Assembly (NCBI GenBank): GCA_951406725.2 | Contig: OX597826.1 | Location: 1,178,001-1,242,000 of the forward strand | Origin: Octopus vulgaris | Lineage: Eukaryota | DNA: 64,000 nucleotides | Direction: 5' to 3' | Translations under genes and position numbers: made by a program | In this document: positions 26,540 through 39,542 of the stretch, in pieces | How positions within the stretch are numbered: the first letter of the stretch is position 1 | Layout of the letters: each line of letters begins with the position of its first letter | The notes under the pieces: generated by a model | Told to the model about the DNA's origin: nothing | The model's database searches: none | The model's input: only the letters and a program-made list of their open reading frames with translations

Positions 26540-27390
26540 CATCATCATCATCATCATCATTTAACGTCCGCTTTCCATGCTAGCATGGGTTGGACGGTTC
26601 AACTGGGGTCTGGGGAGCCCGAAGGCTGCACCAGGCCAGTCAGATCTGGCAGTGTTTCTACAGCTGGATGCCCTTCCTAACGGCAACCACTCCGAGAGTG
26701 TAGTGGGTGATTTTATGTGCCACCAACACAGGTGCTAGACGAGGCTGGCGAACGGCCACGCTCGGATGGTGTTTTTTATGTGCCACCGACACAGGTGCCA
26801 GACGGCCACGCTCGGATGGTGTTTTTATGTGCCACCGACACAAGTGCCAGATGAGGCTGGCGAACGGCCACGATCGGATGGTGTTTGTTACGTGCCCACA
26901 GCACGGAGGCCAGTCGATGCGGTACTGGCTACCGCCACGTTCGGATGGTTTTCTTGTGTGCCACCGGCACTGGTACCACAAAGATACAAATTCCATTGAT
27001 GTTCATCTATTTTGATTCTCACTTGCCTCAACAGGTCTTCACAAGTGTCATAAGAAGGAAGGTATGCACAGGTGGACTGACTACGTCCCAGGTAGAGGCC
27101 ACGGGTTATGGCCTGACTACGTCCCAGGTAGGGGCCACGGGTTATGGCCTGACTAGTCTTGCCGGGTCTTCAGATGGTGTTTTTATGTGCCACCGACACA
27201 GGTGCCAGATGAGGCTGGCGAACGGCCACGATCGGATGGTGTTTGTTACGTGCCCACAGCACGGAGGCCAGTCGATGCGGTACTGGCTACCGCCACGTTC
27301 GGATGGTTTTCTTGTGTGCCACCGGCACTGGTACCACAAAGATACAAATTCCATTGATGTTCATCTATTTTGATTTGTTTTGATTTGATA
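26540..27390 (-). mobile_element. RTE 3'-UTR-derived element with tandemly duplicated internal unit
   Basis: (CAT)n tail, CTGGATGCCCTTCC module, two near-identical units ending GATACAAATTCCATTGATGTTCATCTATTTTGATT. Confidence 0.75.
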
Positions 27391-28718
27391 CACAAACACA
27401 CACACACACACATACACACATACATACATACATCTGAATAAAAGGCACACTCTAAAGCAGGATTTCTCTATCATTTTTTATCTATGGACCCCCTTGATTA
27501 CTATTTTATTCTGGTGGGCCCCTGTTGCCATTAAATGTTTAATAACTAGTTTCATAGAAACTTCTTTCAAGATTCCTATTTGGTTTTTCACACATTGACT
27601 TGTGAAGGTTGAACTATGTATAATGTTAGAGAAAGAAACCCAGCTGTTTCTTGCAATACATACCAATCCATACATCTAAAGCAAATTTTTTTCAAGGTCC
27701 CTTAAAATACTATTGTGGATCCCAATTTACTATTTTGCTGTGTGGACCCCAAAAAATCTTATATGAGCTCCAGTTGAGTGACCAGTTTCGCATCCATCAA
27801 AGCTGCAGCCTTATGGACAGCTCATCAGTCTCTATACAAAGACAAGTTTAACTTTTCACTAATGAGTGAGTCAGTGTAGTTAAGGAATATACTCATCAAG
27901 AATTATTAAAAAGCACCCACTACGCTCTTGGCATGGTTGGTGTTAAGAAGGGCATCCAGCTGTAGAAACCTTGCCTGATCAGATTGGAGCCTGGTCCAGC
28001 CTCCTCGCTTGCTAGTCCTCAGTCAAACTGTCTAACCTATACCTCCATTTTAAGTGCTGCAAAATTGGGATTCTCTGTTTGCTGATTAAGCTCCATGAGA
28101 TAGATTCCTATTTCCCAATACTGACTTGTCTAGGAGAGGCAGACCGTCCTCACCAATGTTAGAACTTTCTTTCGCTGATGTCTGTTTGACCAATTGACCG
28201 TAACATTTTTCCACTCCTGAAAGATGAAGAGTTAAACTTGTCTATAGAACCTGATGAGCTGTCCACAAGGCTGTGGCTTTTGTGGATGCAATACCATTGG
28301 TCGCTCTATGACCAGACTCTAACTTCACTGATTTAATATACATATATCTATCTATATATATATATACATATATATATATGAATTTATATAAGTAAGGATA
28401 AGATCGATATTTAAATACCGATCTTATCAGGTGGCCAGCATGGGAATAAAAACCTTCTAAGGTAATAATTATTTAAATTATAATTTAGGGTATCTAAGAG
28501 ATACCACCACGCTGGAAACAGCTGTCAAAACTTGACTCTAAAACCACATTAAGTGTTCATACAGCACCAGGAGGGAAGACAAAGAGACAAAATAAACTAG
28601 CAAAAAAATTACTGGATAATTCCAGATCCCGGATTTCTGACTCTGCATAAGAAAAGCTTTGCTTCATCAGTGGAATATACACAGATAGTAACATAAATAC
28701 ACACACACACATACACAT

Positions 28719-28762
<44 letters not shown>

Positions 28763-28984
28763 GACGATATACATACAACATACGATATACTTACATATAC
28801 AAACGTATATATACATATATATGCACGTATGCACACGACCAGTTTACATTGCCTGCCTATATATATATGTATATATGTATATATATAATGGGAAGCTTTA
28901 TGAAAATAAACAAAAGACGAAGGCAGGTGGAGTACAAACAAACAATTGTATTAGTATGGTGCTCAGGAATATAAATAAAACAAG

Positions 28985-29022
28985 TCTTTTACGTTTCGAG
29001 CCTACGCTCTTCGACAGAAAGA
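28985..29022 (-). ncRNA. Minimal type I hammerhead-like motif with variant core CUGUCGA
   Basis: Reverse complement reads TCTTT CTGTCGA A GAGC GTAG GCTC GAAAC GTA AAAGA: 5-bp helix I, 4-bp helix II, GUA triplet. Confidence 0.55.
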
Positions 29023-29119
29023 TACACAGAAAAGAAACACGGAGAGAAACAAGGAGAGAAAAAAAATGCGTGCAGAAGCTAGCAATTCAACATGGCGATA
29101 TATATATAATATATAATAT

Positions 29120-30202
29120 ATCATCATCATCATCATCATCATTTAGCGTCCGTTTTCCATGCTAGCATGGGTTGGACGGTTCAACTGGGGTCTGGGGAGC
29201 CCGAAGGCTGCACCAGGCCAGTCAGATCTGGCAGTGTTTCTACAGCTGGATGCCCTTCCTAACGCCAACCACTCCGAGAGTGTAGTGGGTGATTTTATGT
29301 GCCACCGACACAGGTGCCAGACGAGGCTGGCGGACGGCCACGATCGGATGGTGTTTGTTACGTCCCCAAAGCACGGAGGCCAGTCTATGCGGTACTGGCT
29401 ACGTCCACGTTCGGATGATTTTCTTGTGTGCCACCGGCACTGGTACCACAAAGATACAAATTCCATTGATGTTCATCTATTTTGATTTGTTTTGATTTGA
29501 TTTGATTTTCACTTGCCTCAACAGGTCTTCACAAGTGTCACAAGAAGGAAGGTATGCACAGGTGGACTGACTACGTCCCAGGTAGGGGCCACGGGTTATG
29601 GCCTGACTAGTCTTGCCGGGTCTTCGGATGGTGTTTTTATGTGCCACCGACACAGGTGCCAGACGAGGCTGACGAACGGCCACGATCGGATGGTGTTTGT
29701 TACGTGCCCACAGCACGGAGGCCAGTCGATGCGGTACTGGCTACGGCCACGTTCGGATGGTTTTCTTGTGTGCCACCGGCACTGGTACCACAAAGATACA
29801 AATTCCATTGATGTTCATCTATTTTGATTTGATTTGATTTGATTTTCACTTGCCTCAACAGGTCTTCACAGGTCTTCACAAGTGTCACAAGAAGGAAGGA
29901 AGGTATGCACAGGTGGACTGACTACGTCCCAGGTAGGGGCCACGGGTTATGGCCTGACTAGTCTTGCCGGGTCTTCGGTTGGTGTTTTTATGTGCCACCG
30001 ACACAGGTGCCAGATGAGGCTGGCGAACGGCCACGATCGGATGGTGTTTGTTATGTGCCCACATCACAGAGGCCAGTCGATGCGGTACTGGCTACAGCCA
30101 CGTTCGGATGGTTTTCTTGTGTGCCACCGGTACTGGTACCACAAAGATACAAATTCCATTGATGTTCATCTATTTTGATTTGGTTTGATTTGATTTGATT
30201 TG

Positions 30203-30206
<4 letters not shown>
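29120..30206 (-). mobile_element. RTE 3'-UTR-derived element with three tandem ~340-bp units
   Basis: Same family as 26540-27390; units separated by (GATTT)n. Confidence 0.78.
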
Positions 30207-30233
<27 letters not shown>

Positions 30234-31239
30234 CGAAAGCCACTATACACAATTTAAAACCGAAAAGGAAAAATTCAATTGTCACTAATTGTAACTGAAG
30301 GTGCCAGGTAGCACCTATATTGCTAGAAATGAGAGTTAAAAACATTTAGAACTACAATTACACATATTTTCATACACTGACAGGGGAGATAACTGTCCTA
30401 CAGTAATGGAAAGTACCTAAGAGAGACAACTCTGAACAAATTTTATAACGCAACAGCTTTATATGAAATATAGTCAACGTTGTTGACTGATTTATGCTGG
30501 TAGTTCACCCTATGTGTGTATGTCTTTGTATCTGTTTATCCTCCATCACAACTTGGCAGCCGGGGTTGGTGTGTTTACGTCCCTGTAACTTATCGGTTCA
30601 GCGAAATAATCGATAGAGTAAGTATCAGGCTTAAAACGAAAAAAAAAAATACTGGGGTCAATTCATTTGATTGATTTTCAAGGTGGTGCCCCAGCATGGT
30701 CGCTGTCTAAAGACTGAAACAAGTCGAAGATAGGAGATAAAAGCAAAAGTGTTGTTAAATCGTGAACATATAATGCGTGGCTGTTCTGTTTAAGGAGCTT
30801 GCTTTGTGATCATGAGGTTTCAGGTTCAATCTTAAAGTACAGCACTTTGGACAAGTATCTTTTACTGTAGTCCTGGGCTGATTAATTCTCTCTGAGTGAA
30901 TTTAGATGGAAACTGCGTGGAGGCCTGTGTGTGTGTGTTGCATTTATCCTTCACCCCACTGCGTGACAACTGTGTTGGTTTGTTTACATCCTTGTAACTT
31001 TCTGGTTTGACAAAAGAGATTGACAGAATAAGCATCACCCTTAAAAAGAATAATTGCTGTGGTTGATTTGTTTGACTAAACCCTTCAAGGCAATACCCCA
31101 GCATGGTTGCAGTCCAATGACTGAAACCAGTAAAAGGTAAAAGATATGTGAATTAGTAAATATCAAATATGTGTAAATTACTAAACCTGTGGAAGAGTCA
31201 ACATAAATTGTAAGTAAATCAAGGAATATGAAATATGTA

Positions 31240-31877
31240 TTTTAGCATTCAGAATACTTTGTCAAATTTCAAACCTATTTATTTACATTATTTTTAATTA
31301 ATCATGCATTATCTCATAGTTTTGAGATTTCAATGATGTGATTGTTTATTGTAAGAATGACATTGTAGGATAGGTATGAGAGGGTGGGTTTAGTCAGATT
31401 GAACATAATACATGTAGAATATTTTGGGCCAGATATGGCCAGTTTGAATATTTATTGGGTAGAATATTTTGGGCAACATATGACCAGTTTGAATATAAAA
31501 CAGGTAGAATATTTGGGCCAGATATGGCCAGGTTTAATATATAACAGGTAGAATATTTGGGCCAGATATGGCCAGGTTTAATATAAAACAGGTAGAATAT
31601 TTGGGCCAGATATGGTCACTTTGAATATATAACAGGTAGAATATTTGGGCCAGATATAGCATGTTTGAATATATTTGGGCTAGATATGGCCAGTTTGAAT
31701 ATAAAACAGGTAGAATATTTGAGCCAGATATGGCCTGTTTGAATATATTTGGGTCAGATGTAGCCAGTTTAAATATAAAATATGGTATAATACTTTGGGC
31801 CAGATATGGCCAGTTTGAATATGTAGCGAGTATAATATTTGGACCTGATGCGGCCAGACTGACTGTTAAAAGGTTAA
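31240..31877. mobile_element. piggyBac-type (TTAA) MITE with subterminal unit expanded into a minisatellite; unexpanded copies near 256, 1385, 22200, 25860, 51841
   Basis: Family ends TTAACCCTT.../...AAGG(G)TTAA; about 11 copies of AGAATATTTGGGCCAGATATGGCCAGTTT. Confidence 0.65.
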
Positions 31878-31976
31878 ACTGCAAAATATTATGTTTATGT
31901 ATACAATGAGAATTACATTCAGAAAATAGTTTTTCTTTTGTTTTTGATTAATTATTGCCACCATGAAATCACGAAG

Positions 31977-32195
31977 GAATTGGCTAAAGGTGAAAAGAAA
32001 GAGCTGCCATCATTTTCATCATTGAGTAATTCTGAGCACAAAGCACCATTGTTTGGAAAACAAGATAAGTTAGAAGACATTAAACCTGTGAAGGATGGTA
32101 ATGATAGCTTCACGCAATGGAGGGACAGTCCAGTCAAAGATACTTCAAGGCAGAAGGAGAAAGCCAATCTTACATCTGCTCTTCAAAAACAAAAG
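31977..32195 (+). CDS. TTF2: TTF2 exon 6
   Basis: Phase 0-0, 219 nt; ELAKGEKKELPSF...ANLTSALQKQK leads into the coiled-coil exon; AAG acceptor is weak. Confidence 0.72.
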
Positions 32196-33316
32196 GTTTG
32201 TGATAAATTTAATGGTGATCTTTTAGATGGTTGTGGTGGTTGTTGTTGTTGTTTACTTTTAATATGCATGTTTGTTACAATTACTCACCGAGACGCACCC
32301 AGCGTCCTGGAGTGAGTGAAGGATAAAAGATGTTACAGTATGACTGGAAACTTGGGGAGGGCATGATGCTTCCCTACTATTCCCCAACATAATTGACTCG
32401 CCATCTCCCGTAAAATTTCAGGCTTTCTGCCTATAGTAGAAATGATGATTATTGTTGTTGTTATCATTATTCTTATTAAGTTGGCAAGCTGGCAGAATCG
32501 TTAGCACACTGGACGAAATGCTTAGCGATATTTTGCCTGCTGCTACGTTCTGAGTTCAAATTCCACCAAGTTCGACTTTACTTTTCATCCTTTTGAGGGT
32601 CAATAAATTAATTATCAGTCGAGTACTGGGGTTGATGTAATTGTCTATCACCATCCCCCAAATTTCAGGCCTTGTGCCTAAAATACGAAGGAATATTATT
32701 ATTATTATTGTTATTGTTATTTATTTCTTTATTGCCCACAGGGGGCTAAACATAGAGGGGACAAACAAGGACAGACAAAGGCTTTAAGTCGATTACATCG
32801 GCCCCAGTGAATAACTGGTACTTATTTTATTGACCCTGAAAGGATGAAAGGCACAGTCGACCTTGGCAGAGTTTGAACTCAGGACGTAACGGCAGACGAA
32901 ATACCTCTAAGCATTTTGCCCGGTGTGCTAATGATTCTGCCAGTTCACTACCCTATTATTATTATTATTAATACTACTAAGGCAGTGAGCTGGTAGAATT
33001 GTTAGTGCGCTGGACGAAATGCTTAGTGGTATTTCGTCTATGGCTATGTTCTGAGTTCAAATTCTGCCGAGGTTGATTTTACCTTTCTTCCTTTCAGGAT
33101 CGATAAATTAAGTATCATTTGCGTACTGGGGTCAATCTCATCATCTGGTCCCCTCCCCCAAAATTTTGGGCCTTGTGCCTAGAGTAGAAAAGATTATTTT
33201 TATTATTATTATTATTATTTTTATTATTATTATTATCATTCGAGGGCTGAAGCAGTGCGAGCGCATTGTGGCCGGCGATGTGTGATAGCATCTGATGGTC
33301 TGGTCGGTCGCGTGAT

Positions 33317-33360
<44 letters not shown>

Positions 33361-34126
33361 GTATATATATATACATAGGTGTGGGTGGCACGTAAAAAGC
33401 ACCCACTACACTCACGGAGTGGTTGGCGTTAGGAAGGGCATCCAGCCGTAGAAACACTGCCAGATCAGACTGGGCCTGGTGCAGCCTTCTGGCTTCACAG
33501 ACCGCAGTTGAACCGTCCAACCCATGCTAGCATGGAAAGCGGATGCTAAATGATGATGATGATGATGATTATTATTATTATTATTATTATCATCATATGC
33601 GTAGGAGTGGCCGTGTGGTAAGTAGCTTGCTTACCAACCACATGATTCTGGGTTCAGTCCCACTGCACGGCACCTTGGGCATGTGTCTTCTTCTATAGCC
33701 TCGGGCCGACCAAAGCCTTGTGAGTGGATTTGGTAGATGGAAACTGAAAGAAGCCCGTCGTATATATGTATATATATATATGTGTGTGTATGTTTATGTG
33801 TCTGTGATTGTCCCCCCCCAACACACATATGTACATACTAGCAGAAATGGAACAAGGGGCGTCAGAGCTGGAATAGTTGAACAATGTGAGAGGTTACAAC
33901 AGGTAGGCAAAAATTCAAAAAGGTAATACTCAAAATATAATCACAAAAAAATAAAAAAAAAATAGCAAAAATGTTGTAATAGGGAATCCTGTATCAAGAA
34001 AAGAAGTGGACGACTAATGTTTTGAGTGAACGCCTTATCAATGTATTGGAAGAAGAAAGAAATGAGCAAAAAAAAAAGAAATATAAAAGAAATATAACTG
34101 TTTAAAACACAAGCACCTTTTGAACA

Positions 34127-34348
34127 CATGAGGTAGTGCTGAAAGGTTCCTGGTTTTAGGGGTGTCATGAACTGCCTGGCTGGAGGCCCAACCTTCCAAG
34201 TTCTTTTACAGGGCTTAGAAAAAATTGACGGACCACTGCAATAAGTGTGTGAATCTGAGAGGGGAACATGTTGGATAAAAACATCATTAACTGACCCTCC
34301 CGTATATTCTTTTACTCAAAGCCATGAACTTTTCAGCACCTCCTCATG
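34127..34348 (+). mobile_element. mariner-derived MITE (second copy at 60302-60518)
   Basis: Imperfect TIRs CATGAGGTAGTGCTGAAAGGTTCCTGG / CCATGAACTTTTCAGCACCTCCTCATG; internal transposase C-terminal remnant GLEKL..KCVNLRGEHV. Confidence 0.75.
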
Positions 34349-34665
34349 TGCTGCAGAATGGTTTCTTGACATCACGTGATAGTTTTAAATGAGTGTAATT
34401 GTTGTACAAACAGTGTCCTTCGTGTCCAGTTTTCTGTGAGAACATATCTGACTATGAGGAAATATCTTGCTCGGAAATAGGTGAGGGTTGTTAACAGGTG
34501 GGCAGCCAGCCATTGAAACTTCACTTAAACAAATTCTATCCAACCTGAGTCTAGAAAAATAGACATTAAAAAAAAAATTAAATATTAATAAAAATTAACA
34601 ATGAAATACTGTATGCATGGGTGAGAGGTATGTATACCTAATTTCTCTGATTGTCTGTAATACAG

Positions 34666-34795
34666 GAGCTGTTGTCTCGTGTGCAGTTGTCAGCTCTCCC
34701 TGACAAAGGTGCCCGTCTCAAAGAAAATATTCAACACTTGGAAAGTAAGATCCAAAATATAGATCTGAATAAAGATGTTTCCAGAAGTTCTAAGA
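34666..34795 (+). CDS. TTF2: TTF2 exon 7 (LPDKG coiled-coil motif)
   Basis: tacag/gtaagt; ELLSRVQLSALPDKGARLKENIQHLESKIQNIDLNKDVSRSSK. Confidence 0.92.
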
Positions 34796-35578
34796 GTAAG
34801 TTTTATTTTCAAATATTCTCCTACCTTATCACACTTGGATCACTGCTTATTTTATATTTTTGTTACTTGTTTGAAGCAAATTTTTCATGCTTAATTTTCT
34901 TATTTCATTACTGCCCACAACGGGCTAAACTTAGAGGGGACAAGCAAGGACAGACAAAGGGATTAAGTCGATTAAGCGTAACTGGTACTTAATTTATCGA
35001 CCCCGAAAGGATGAAAGGCAAAGTCGACATCGGTGGAATTTGAACTCAGAACGTAACGGCAGACGAAATACCGCTAAGCATTTCGCCCGGCGTGCTAACG
35101 TTTCTGCCAGCTCACCGTCTTTCATGCTTAGTTTTCTATCTACACCCAAGGGAGTGGGTGGTTTGAGGCAAGTCTTCCTGCGTTGTAACGGGCTAGCTGA
35201 GTATTATAGAGAGTGGTGTGAAGCGACTAGAGTATTATGTTCTATCATATTTGTCTACTGAATCAAATAGTGTTACGTTTTATATTATAGTGTAAGGGGA
35301 ATATTGTAGTATAAGGGGGCTTGAAGCAAGTACAATATTGTGTTATAACTAGGATTGAAGCAAGTATGGTATTGTATTTTATATTATAGGGTAGATGAAA
35401 GTAAGGAGAATATTGTGTTCTTTTCTTTTAACCTCTGGTCAGTCCTGATCTAAAACATTTTAGACATGACCATCCTATTACTTTTTTTCTTCTAGAAGTA
35501 ATGTCTTTAGATTTACATTATTCAATGTGTCCATTCTTTATTAAGACAGTTTGTGATCTTAGAAAGATTTAGACACTA

Positions 35579-36367
35579 AGGCGGTGAGCTGGCAGAATCG
35601 TTAGCATGCCAGGCGAAATGCTTAGCGGTATTTCGTCTACCGTTACGTTCTGAGTTCAAATTCCGCTGAGGTCGACTTTGCCTTTCATCCTTTCAGGGTC
35701 GATTAAATAAGTACCATTTACGCACTGGGGTCAATATAATCGACTTAATCCGTTTGTCTGTCCTTGTTTGTCCTCTCTGTGTTTAGCCCCTTGTGGGTAG
35801 TAAAGAAATAGAAATAGGTATTTGGTCTGCCGTTACGTTCTGAGTTCAAATTCCGCCGAGGTCGACTTTGCCTTTCATCCTTTAGGGGTCGATTAAATAA
35901 GTACCAGTTACGCACTGGGGTCGATGTAATCGACTTAATCCGTTTGTCTGTCCTTGTTTGTCCCCTCTATGTTTAGCCCCTTGTGGGTAGTAAAGAAATA
36001 GGTATTTCGTCTGTCATTATGTTCTGCATTCAAATTCCGCCGAGGTCGACTTTGCCTTTCATCCTTTTGGAATCGATTAAATAAGTACCAGTTACGCACT
36101 GGGGTCGATGTAATCGACTTAATCCGTTTGTCTGTCCTTGTTTGTCCCCTCTATGTTTAGCCCCTTGTGGGTAGTAAAGAAATAGGTATTTCGTCTGTCA
36201 TTATGTTCTGCATTCAAATTCCGCCGAGGTCGACTTTGCCTTTCATCCTTTTGGAATCGATTAAATAAGTACCAGTTACTCACTGAGGTTGATGTAATCG
36301 ACTTAATCCCTTTGTCTGTCCTTATTTGTCCCCTCTATGTTTAGCCCCTTGTGGACAATAAAGAAAT
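35579..36367 (+). mobile_element. Tandem tetramer of a tRNA-derived SINE flanked by one 15-bp TSD
   Basis: AAGATTTAGACACTA at 35564-35578 and 36368-36382; 184-bp period; units end GCCCCTTGTGGG..TAAAGAAATA. Confidence 0.85.
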
Positions 36368-36953
36368 AAGATTTAGACACTATTTCTAACAGGTAAAGCA
36401 ACTACATAGGAGCTCTTTCGATGATCAGTGAATGTTGTTGTTTCCTATATTGTAGACTGGAGAAAGCAGAGCATTATTTATGTGAAACAAGTAGAGCATT
36501 GTTTACATATAAGTTGGACTGAGCTATGTTATGTATAAGGTGGGCTGAAACATGTTGTGTCTTATTTCTTTTCCTGTGTGGTGGACTGAGGCAAGCAGGC
36601 AGAGATTTATCGACTGTGTATTTCTATATTGGGTGCACTAAAGCAAGCAGAATTGTATGTTATAGAATGTCTTTTCTTATAGTGTCACAAGCAAACATGT
36701 ATATCTTGGTCAGTTGTTTAACCCAAGGCCTGGTCTGATTGAGCACACATAAAAGCATCCCAACCGTGACTGTCCTGTTCTATTTTTAACATAGTAGAGT
36801 GCAGTTTGGGAGAAATTTGGCTGAATGACCTTATCGAGAAGCTTTTGTTGCTTGGACTCATAGATGTGTCCATAAAACAGTGAGTCAGGGATGCAAACAT
36901 ATCTTTCCATAAAATGAGATAAAATAAATTAAAACGTTAAACATTTTTTTTTT

Positions 36954-37925
36954 CATCATCGTTTAACGTCCGCTTTCCATGCTAGCATGGGTTGGACGAT
37001 TTTGACTGAGGGCTGGCAAACCAGATGGCTGCACCAGGCTCCAATCTGATCTGGCAGAGTTTCTACAGCTGGATGCCTTTCCGAATGCCAACCACTCTGA
37101 GAGTGTAGTGGGTGCTTTTATGTGCCACCGGCACAATGGCCAGTCAGGCAGGACTGGCAACGGCCACGCTCAAATGGTGTTTTTCACATGCCACCTGCAC
37201 AGGAGCCAGTCCAGCGGCACTTGCAACAACCTCGCTCAGATGTCCTTTCATGTGCCACCGGCACGGAATCAAGTCAGCTGCTCTGGCAACGATCACGCTT
37301 GGATGGGGCTCTTAGCACTCCACTGGCACAGGTGCCAGTCATTGAATTTGATTTGATTTCGATTTCACTTGCCTCAACAGGTCTTCGCAAGCAGAGTTTA
37401 GTGTCCAATGAAGGAAAGGTATGCATAAGTCAGCTGGTTACACCCCTGGCATAGGCCACAGGTTATGGTCTCATTTGGCTTGCTGGGTTTTCTCAAGCAC
37501 AGCATATTTCCAAAAGTCCCGGTCACTAGTCATTGTCTCGGTGAGGCCTAATGTTCAAGGGTTGTGCTTCACCACCTTATTCCAGGTCTTCCTGGATCTA
37601 CCTCTTCCACAGGTTCCCTCAACCACTAGGATGTGGCACTTTTTCACACAGCTATCCTCATCCATTCTCGTTACATGACCATACCAGCGCAGTCTCTCTT
37701 GCATATCACGTCTGATGCTTCTTAGGTCCAACTTTTTTCTCAAGGTACTTACACTCTGTCGATTATGAACACTGACATTACACATCCATCGGAGCATACT
37801 GGCTTCATTCCTTGTGAGCTTACGCATGTCCTCAGCAGTCACGGCCCATGTTTTACTGCCATGTAACATGGCTGTTCGTACACATGCATCATACAGTCTA
37901 CCTTTTACTCTGAGCGACAGGCCCT
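36954..37925 (-). mobile_element. 5'-truncated RTE LINE 3' end
   Basis: MLHGSKTWAVTAEDMRKLTRNEASMLRWMCNV...RLRWYGHV..GRGRSRKTW plus 3' UTR repeats and CATCAT tail. Confidence 0.88.
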
Positions 37926-37951
37926 AAGTAATTTCTCTTTCTTCCCCTCAG

Positions 37952-38035
37952 CACATAATGAACCCGAAATCATCAGAGTGCATCCACCAAATGAACCAGG
38001 AGGTCAACCCATACACAAAACAGTGAAAAAGCCAA
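37952..38035 (+). CDS. TTF2: TTF2 exon 8, copy A (84 nt, phase 1-1)
   Basis: cctcag/gtatgt; HNEPEIIRVHPPNEPGGQPIHKTVKKP; identical to copy B. Confidence 0.6.
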
Positions 38036-38650
38036 GTATGTATGAGATTAGTTTTACTTCATTTATGAGTGACCGGTTATATATTACAAGTTTTGAAATG
38101 AGCCCAAGAGACAAACTAATCCAAATGAATAGGGGTTCCTGGCACAATGGTTAGGGTATCGAGCTCCCAGCTCAAATCCTGTAAATTCAAATCCTGCTAT
38201 ACTGTTATAAATAACGTTTGCTCTCATCAGCCTGAATGTAATTGCACTGTGTTCCTGCCGGAGTGGGAATAGCTTAAACGTATTCTCTACCAGATTCCTG
38301 TTAAAGCAGTCATGAACAAGAAATATAGAAAAAGATGATAAAATACTAAAATTAGACGACTGATTACATTGTAGTTTTGTAGCCAAGTGTGTTTATGCCT
38401 CATTGTTAACAGTGTCCCTCATACCTGTTGCTTACTTTTGTTTTTAATTGGGGAAAAAAAAACAGATTTATTTTTTGTGATGAAATGAGTGTGTGATAAA
38501 CCTAGCACTTTGGTAAACAAGCAAAACCTAGACTCTTTGGAGTTGACGAAATTATCAATGATGTTTATTCTTCAAACAAAGAGTTTATCCTCATGCAGAC
38601 AATGAGATTGATTCTGACAATCAAACTGGTGAAAGTGATGAGGAAAGTAG

Positions 38651-39057
38651 GGATCTTTTCGGTTTGAACAGCAGTTTTTTTCTAGCGGTGTCATATGAAA
38701 TTATCACCCATAATTATGACCCTAGAATCGATCTATTGCACTTCAATCTCTTTTAGGGTTAGGGGAAGGATATCTTTTTTTCTTCACAAATGTAAATAAA
38801 CCCAATCTGTTTCTTAAACGAGGGACTTTTTCATACGGGCACAGAATACTTTTTACCTCAATAGACGTCACTGATTGGTTGAAATTGCAGAAATTGAAGA
38901 AAACAAAACAACAAATATCTTACAAACTATAGAATTTTCTCAATAAAGGCAAGAGAAAAAGATATTTTATAAACACATTCTACCAGTATACAAAGTTAAA
39001 AATTTTTTAATTACCTAGAAATTATGTTAAAAACTGCTGTTCAAACCGAAAAGATCC
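38651..39057. mobile_element. 407-bp MITE with 28-bp perfect TIRs and 8-bp TSD (Merlin/MULE-like GG termini)
   Basis: GGATCTTTTCGGTTTGAACAGCAGTTTT and its exact reverse complement; GAAAGTAG at 38643-38650 and 39058-39065. Confidence 0.88.
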
Positions 39058-39542
39058 GAAAGTAGTGATACAGGTGAACAAATATGATAGTTGAGAGACA
39101 GACTTCTTATTCTTAGGAATTTCTTTTTGCAATTCTATCTATTAGTTTGCCTGTAATGAACAAATATGGTAATTGAGAGAAAGGTCTGTTATTGCTGTTC
39201 ACCTGAATATTTCTGCGATTCTGTCTATTAGTCTTCCTAACAAATATGGTAGTAGAGAGAAGGGCCTGTTATTATTATTCTCCTGAATTTTTTTCTGATT
39301 CTGTCCATTGAACAAATGCAGTAGTTGTGAGAGAGGCTTATTATTGTTATTCTGAATTTTTTTTGTGATTCTGCAATCGTTACTCTTGAGCTGCGTATGC
39401 AACTATTTTTTTAGCTTGGGAGTCCAGGTGGAGGGTAAAGTTAGATGCCGGGTCCTAGGCCTGTGAGGGTTAAGCATAGTTCACTCTTGCTCCTTACAGC
39501 AAAAGCTTTCCATCTGTCTTAATTTCTCTTTCTTCCCCTCAG

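Noticed and set aside
26658-30178. Repeated Cys/His-rich ORFs (MCHRHRCQ...)
   Set aside because: Chance translations of GC-rich retroelement 3'-UTR repeats, open in several frames on both strands.
31400-31860. Regularly spaced ~35-45-bp repeats resembling a CRISPR array
   Set aside because: No unique spacers, degenerate units, no cas genes, eukaryotic context; it is a MITE-internal minisatellite.
38752-38766. TTAGGG repeats as an interstitial telomere
   Set aside because: Only two units, internal to a MITE.
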